From Candidatus Hydrogenedentota bacterium (GTDB lineage: Bacteria > Hydrogenedentota > Hydrogenedentia > Hydrogenedentales > SLHB01), in assembly GCA_045863335.1 (NCBI GenBank), contig BTVY01000017.1, positions 32,001 through 96,000 on the forward strand: a stretch of 64,000 nt of DNA, in the 5' to 3' direction. The position numbers were made by a program, and so were the translations under genes. Below, in pieces: positions 59,719 to 64,000 of this stretch (the first letter of the stretch is position 1; every line of letters starts with the position of its first letter). Under the pieces are notes generated by a model. That model worked only from the letters and a program-made list of their open reading frames with translations, ran no database searches and was not told the DNA's origin.

Positions 59719-60886
59719 AATAGCCTGTGATCGAATTCGATCAAATGTAATGAGAGAAGCCCCAAGGGTTTATACTTTTCGTGTTCGAAGCGAAGGTAAC
59801 AAACCCAGGGAGCTTCTCCACATGAAGATACGCGTTCAGCTTGGTACGGAGCAACACTATGAGATCGCGAAGATGATGCAGAAGACTAAGAGCCGGGTCG
59901 AGGCACTTCGATGCCGCATCATTTTGTTGTTGGCTGACGGCGAATCTCCCGGCGAAGTTCAGAAACGCGCGGGCTGTGTACGTTCCACGATCTATACCAC
60001 GTTGTATCGCTTTGAGGACGAAGGTATTGATGGTCTTCGGGATAAGCGCCTGTGCCCGCCGGCACGTAAGGCCACTCCAGAGGTACGAGAACAATTGCTG
60101 GTTTATCTGGAGAAGGTTCCCAAAGACTACGGATGGCGACCAAGCAGTTGGACCTTGGAACTGCTGTCGCTCCAACTGAAGGAAGATACGGGCGTCGAGA
60201 TTTCGCCGTCTCATCTTCGCCAAGTGCTTAAACAAGAGAAATGCCGCCGCGGACGCCCACGACCGGCACTGCAGATGCCTGTGCGGGGAAGGCAGGAAAT
60301 CCTTCGCAATATTGAGCGATTGGTGGAGCGGGCAGGACCCGACGAAGAAGTCGTGTACGTGGATGAAGCCGACATCGACCTGAACCCGCGCATTGGCTTG
60401 ACCTATATGAAGCCAGGACAACAGCAACTCGTTCTCACGCCGGGCAAGAACGTCAAGTACTACATTGCCGGCGCGTTGAACTCCCGCACGGGCCGCATTC
60501 TCTATAGCCATGGCACGCGCAAGAACTCCACACTGTTAATCGATCTGCTTCGAGTACTCAACAACGCGTACCGCCGGGCACGGCAAATTCAGGTTATCCT
60601 TGACAACTACGTCATTCATAAATCGCAGGTTACCCATAAGGCTCTCGAAGCGGTGCCGAGAATCCAACTGCACTTCCTGCCACCTTACTCACCGGAACAT
60701 AACCCCACTGAGAGGCTATGGAAGCAGATGCACGACAACGTGACCCGCAACCATCGCCATCCCATAATGCAAGCGCTATGGGCGGATGTAACAACGTTCC
60801 TCGAAGATGTGCAGCCATTCCCGGGCACAAAAGTTTCTGTGCAAAGAGCAGTTGCATAAAATGTCCGAGAACAATCACAAGCTATT
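59719..60886 (+). mobile_element. IS630-family insertion sequence
   Basis: Imperfect TIRs AATAGCCTGTGATCG (59719-59733) and CAATCACAAGCTATT (60872-60886); TA on the left flank only. Confidence 0.85.
59822..60859 (+). CDS. IS630-family transposase (apparently intact)
   Basis: HTH N-terminus; DDE residues in YVDEAD, ILDNYVIHKS and YSPEHNPTERLW. Confidence 0.95.
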   Translation: MKIRVQLGTEQHYEIAKMMQKTKSRVEALRCRIILLLADGESPGEVQKRAGCVRSTIYTTLYRFEDEGIDGLRDKRLCPPARKATPEVREQLLVYLEKVPKDYGWRPSSWTLELLSLQLKEDTGVEISPSHLRQVLKQEKCRRGRPRPALQMPVRGRQEILRNIERLVERAGPDEEVVYVDEADIDLNPRIGLTYMKPGQQQLVLTPGKNVKYYIAGALNSRTGRILYSHGTRKNSTLLIDLLRVLNNAYRRARQIQVILDNYVIHKSQVTHKALEAVPRIQLHFLPPYSPEHNPTERLWKQMHDNVTRNHRHPIMQALWADVTTFLEDVQPFPGTKVSVQRAVA

Positions 60887-60995
60887 CAGCCCGCTTAACT
60901 CACCGCTCGAAGGACATCGATTGATGCGAATCATCTCGCGTGACAGTTAGAAATCCGGGATCAGGCCGCGGTAACGGATATCGCAAACCTCCGCC

Positions 60996-62294
60996 CTACC
61001 GCGTCGCGGGCTGGGTCCACGCTTGTTCCTTTTCGCCTTCAAGGGGGACGTTGTCTTTCAATTTGGACGAGACGATGTGTGCGCGCACGTACAACTCGTC
61101 GCCCTGGAACCGGTAGACAGCGGGGTTATCTGTGGTCTCCAACAACACCTCGCCGATGTCTTCAGAGTATTTCGCAGTGACGTTCGTCAATTCCTTTCCA
61201 TCCGCATCGGCTCGCGGAGTGGCGGTGCGGTCGAAGCCTTTTCGGGTGCCGATGAACCGTGTCGTGTACGTGACGCCCGCTTCTTCCTGAATGCGCACTT
61301 CGTACTGCTCCGCGTTGTATGCGACCTCGCCCAGGAGAACACCTGTGGTGGCATAGAAATGGCCGTCTTGCATCGCTTCGATGAGGGTGTTTGTTTCGAG
61401 TTCCTTCGCGAGCACCATAATCCAGCCACGGCCTGCATTGGAATTGCCCGGCTTCCATTCGTAGTACTCATGGGTATCGTCAGTGGCGAGGCCGTAAAGC
61501 ACGGCGCCGGGGCCGGCGTCGAGCCGGAGCGTAAGGGCGATATCCCAGAGGCGGTCGCAGGAAACGCGTTGTTGCTCCTCACGGCCCGCGTTGTAAACGG
61601 CCGGATGACCGTTGTAGACCTCGAAGAACCGCTCTTCACGAACCGCCGCGATGTCCTCGGCGCGAACACCCGCGTCGAAATTCGGATGGTTCAGATGGAC
61701 GAGCATGGGCACGCCATAACGCTCGCTCTGTGCGGCCACCTGGTCGACGGCCATCTGGATGGCCTGGACCATGGGAACCTCGTGTCCCGGCCAGATTAAC
61801 TCGCGCGTATTGAGCGCATTCAAGTGCAGACCGGGAACGAAGCCGGTGACTTCCTCGCCAGGAATGAGCACGAACTCGCCAGGCGATTCAAAATGGGCCT
61901 TCAACTCCGGAAGCGCTTTCAATTTCATGTACGTGCGGCCGTTGATTTCTTTTTCCTCAACCCACTTGTCTCCGAAGGAAGTTTTTATCTCGGCCACGCG
62001 CTCGGCCGTGACGTACGTATCCGCGTGAACGGGCATGTACCGCGCCGCGGAACCGTCATTCATGATGTTGTGGTCGGACAAGCATAGAAAATCGTAGCCG
62101 TGGTGTTTGTACCAGCCGACGAGCAACTCGGGAGCCATGTCGCCATCGCTCCACAGCGTGTGGCAGTGCGTATTGCCCTTGTACCATTGCAGGCCGTCGC
62201 CCGCGCGCAATGCCATTTCGGTCTGTGCCGAAAGCGCGGGAAGGAACGCCGCGGCGGCCACACCCAGCACGACAAGAAGCGACCGGATTCTCAT
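60996..62294 (-). CDS. Exported PHP-domain metallohydrolase (CehA/McbA-like)
   Basis: WYKGNTHCHTLWSDG, LSDHN, GEEVT, LNHPN, EVYNGH, ATDDTH. Confidence 0.85.
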   Translation of the reverse strand: MRIRSLLVVLGVAAAAFLPALSAQTEMALRAGDGLQWYKGNTHCHTLWSDGDMAPELLVGWYKHHGYDFLCLSDHNIMNDGSAARYMPVHADTYVTAERVAEIKTSFGDKWVEEKEINGRTYMKLKALPELKAHFESPGEFVLIPGEEVTGFVPGLHLNALNTRELIWPGHEVPMVQAIQMAVDQVAAQSERYGVPMLVHLNHPNFDAGVRAEDIAAVREERFFEVYNGHPAVYNAGREEQQRVSCDRLWDIALTLRLDAGPGAVLYGLATDDTHEYYEWKPGNSNAGRGWIMVLAKELETNTLIEAMQDGHFYATTGVLLGEVAYNAEQYEVRIQEEAGVTYTTRFIGTRKGFDRTATPRADADGKELTNVTAKYSEDIGEVLLETTDNPAVYRFQGDELYVRAHIVSSKLKDNVPLEGEKEQAWTQPATR

Positions 62295-62630
62295 TGTTGA
62301 CAACTCCCTGGCGGTACCGAACAGTTCTTCAGGTTGCAGCGAGTACGCAGCAGCGCCTGATCCTTTGGTGGCGTCTGGTCCCGTTGACGCGCAAGATACG
62401 GTACCACATATTGCCAGCGTGACGTTGATTTCGAAACCGTTGATTTCGAAACCGGCACCCGCGACCCGTCCTTTCTGCACCGGCTTTCTCCTCGTCAAAA
62501 TCGCAAAGAACCTGCGGCCACGTTTTGCGGGACACGTGCATGAGCCCCCAAAAAAAGATGGCGTCCTCCGCGAGCGTGTGTGTCGCTCTGCGGGAGCGCT
62601 ACCGCGTTACAGTTCCCTTGCCTGTAGTTT

Positions 62631-64000
62631 CTAACGTTCGGACGACGCGGTCAGTTCGTAGATTCTCCCGGAACCAGTCTCGAAATGCAGTTTCCCGTCC
62701 TCCTTAGATACGGCGACTTCCGTCCCGCTCGTCGCGTCTGCCACAATCCCGTCCCGGCCGGGCCACGGCACGTGAACGGTACAGGCGTTTCCCGCCAGGG
62801 ACTGGATCGTGATGTCGTAGGGTCCGCGCGCGTCGTGTTTCGCGCTCACGACGAACGCACCCTGTGCGCCAAGATTCTCGAATCCGCCTTCAAAATCTTC
62901 GGGCACGGCGGGGAACAACCGAATCACCCCCGTGTGGGACTGGAGCAGGTTCTCCACGTTCATACCGTCTTCCGGTTTGTGAATGCCGAGCCGCCGCCGC
63001 ACGGTCTTGAGATAGCCCTGATGCGGTTCCCATACGTCGATCTGTTCCAGCGTGCGCTTCGCCAATTCGACCTGATCCGCCGGTGAGTCCAGCCCGATAT
63101 CGTCACCCCAGAACACCGCCGTCAGCGGCACGGCGATGTTGTATTCCATGGGCTCAGCTCCGGCCACGTCGATGTAGATTGGTCCTTCGGGCGTATCCAC
63201 GGTGGGGTACTCCGGCATGCGTTCGGCGATGGACTGCCACTCAGATGCTACGTCCTGGTCCACATTCAGGATCGCCGCCGCCCGAGCCGCCGCTCGGAGA
63301 TGATAACGAATGAGGGTGATTCCGGATTGCGTATTCTTGTTCAACGCGAGATCTTTGGTGATGCCGCGATGCTCCGGCGAGACGGTGGGGAAGACGTGAT
63401 ACAGGCCGTCGTCTTCCAGTTTCAAATAGTCCGCATAGAAGCGAGCGCCTTCACGGAGTACGGGGTATGCCTGCGTGGCGAGAAAGTCCTTGTCCCACGT
63501 GTACAAGAAACGCAGCCAGAACGGCCGGGCCAGCAAGGCCGTAATCTCCATGCTCTGTTCCCAAGTCACGCTGGTGTGGATCACGGATTCGGCCTTCAAC
63601 GGATAATGCACGAGCGGGTACATGGCGCCGGCACAGCCATAAACCTCCCGCGCGTTCATCTGCGCCATGGGTAGCATGGTCTGAATCATGCGGAAGTACG
63701 GATCGAGCCAGTCAAACTGCCGTTGTATGCTCGGGACCGTGGCGTCGACCTCGTTGAGATGAAAATCGCCGTGCCACCGTCCCGAATCCTGAAAACAAAA
63801 CTTCGTGCTGTCCACAGAGCAGAGGGGAACATCGCCGTAGTACCCCGCCGGACGCACGCGATACGGAATGCCGCCCCACGGCATATCTAAGGCAATTGAG
63901 CCGTCGGCAGACCACGCCCGGGCATGAGGCCTATCTTCGTACGCGTCAAGTTGCGCATTGTGCTCGTCCCACAAGTACGCCGTGCCGGGTTTGGCCGCTT
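62631..64000 (-). CDS. Glycoside hydrolase family 95-like protein, 5'-partial
   Basis: WHGDFHLN, YPVLREGARFY, PTVSPEH, LLQSHTGVIRLFPAVP, AQGAFVVSA; frame is open to the window end. Confidence 0.8.
   Translation of the reverse strand, partial: AAKPGTAYLWDEHNAQLDAYEDRPHARAWSADGSIALDMPWGGIPYRVRPAGYYGDVPLCSVDSTKFCFQDSGRWHGDFHLNEVDATVPSIQRQFDWLDPYFRMIQTMLPMAQMNAREVYGCAGAMYPLVHYPLKAESVIHTSVTWEQSMEITALLARPFWLRFLYTWDKDFLATQAYPVLREGARFYADYLKLEDDGLYHVFPTVSPEHRGITKDLALNKNTQSGITLIRYHLRAAARAAAILNVDQDVASEWQSIAERMPEYPTVDTPEGPIYIDVAGAEPMEYNIAVPLTAVFWGDDIGLDSPADQVELAKRTLEQIDVWEPHQGYLKTVRRRLGIHKPEDGMNVENLLQSHTGVIRLFPAVPEDFEGGFENLGAQGAFVVSAKHDARGPYDITIQSLAGNACTVHVPWPGRDGIVADATSGTEVAVSKEDGKLHFETGSGRIYELTASSER

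Overview
GC-rich bacterial DNA. The host is probably Ca. Hydrogenedentota or a similar PVC/FCB-type lineage, inferred from the DUF1559 prepilin with the [16 protein letters not shown] motif, the DUF1501/DUF1553 pair and many Tat-exported oxidoreductases. The left part (1-15.6 kb) holds housekeeping and carbohydrate genes (pgi, gpmA, a sialidase-like protein, an SGNH hydrolase, a site-2 protease, Gfo/Idh/MocA). The centrepiece is a ~25.6 kb genomic island integrated into an initiator tRNA-Met gene. It is bounded by an exact 46-bp repeat (15924-15969 and 41522-41567) and carries a 28-bp palindrome-containing repeat inside both ends. Its tyrosine integrase is truncated by a decayed IS30 fragment. 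The cargo is two convergent operons. The minus-strand operon is a Tad/Flp pilus locus: two non-canonical Flp pilins (one missed by the ORF track), a prepilin peptidase, three pseudopilins, CpaB, an FHA-fused CpaF ATPase, TadB, TadC, an FHA membrane protein and an atypical Ser/Thr kinase-TPR receptor, with no secretin or TadZ. The plus-strand operon encodes five predicted lipoproteins (COG3014-like, TPR, LpoB-like, YcfL-like and an exported caspase), a DUF4384 protein, a glycine-zipper candidate effector, a TPR-OmpA protein and a second CpaF ATPase. I read this as a candidate mobile contact-dependent attack or secretion machine. The right part holds a DUF4838 protein, a ThuA/PQQ-propeller/ABC operon with recurrent CxC motifs, a polysaccharide locus broken by IS630, a PHP-like hydrolase and a partial GH95. 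All family calls come from motif recognition by eye; no database searches were run.
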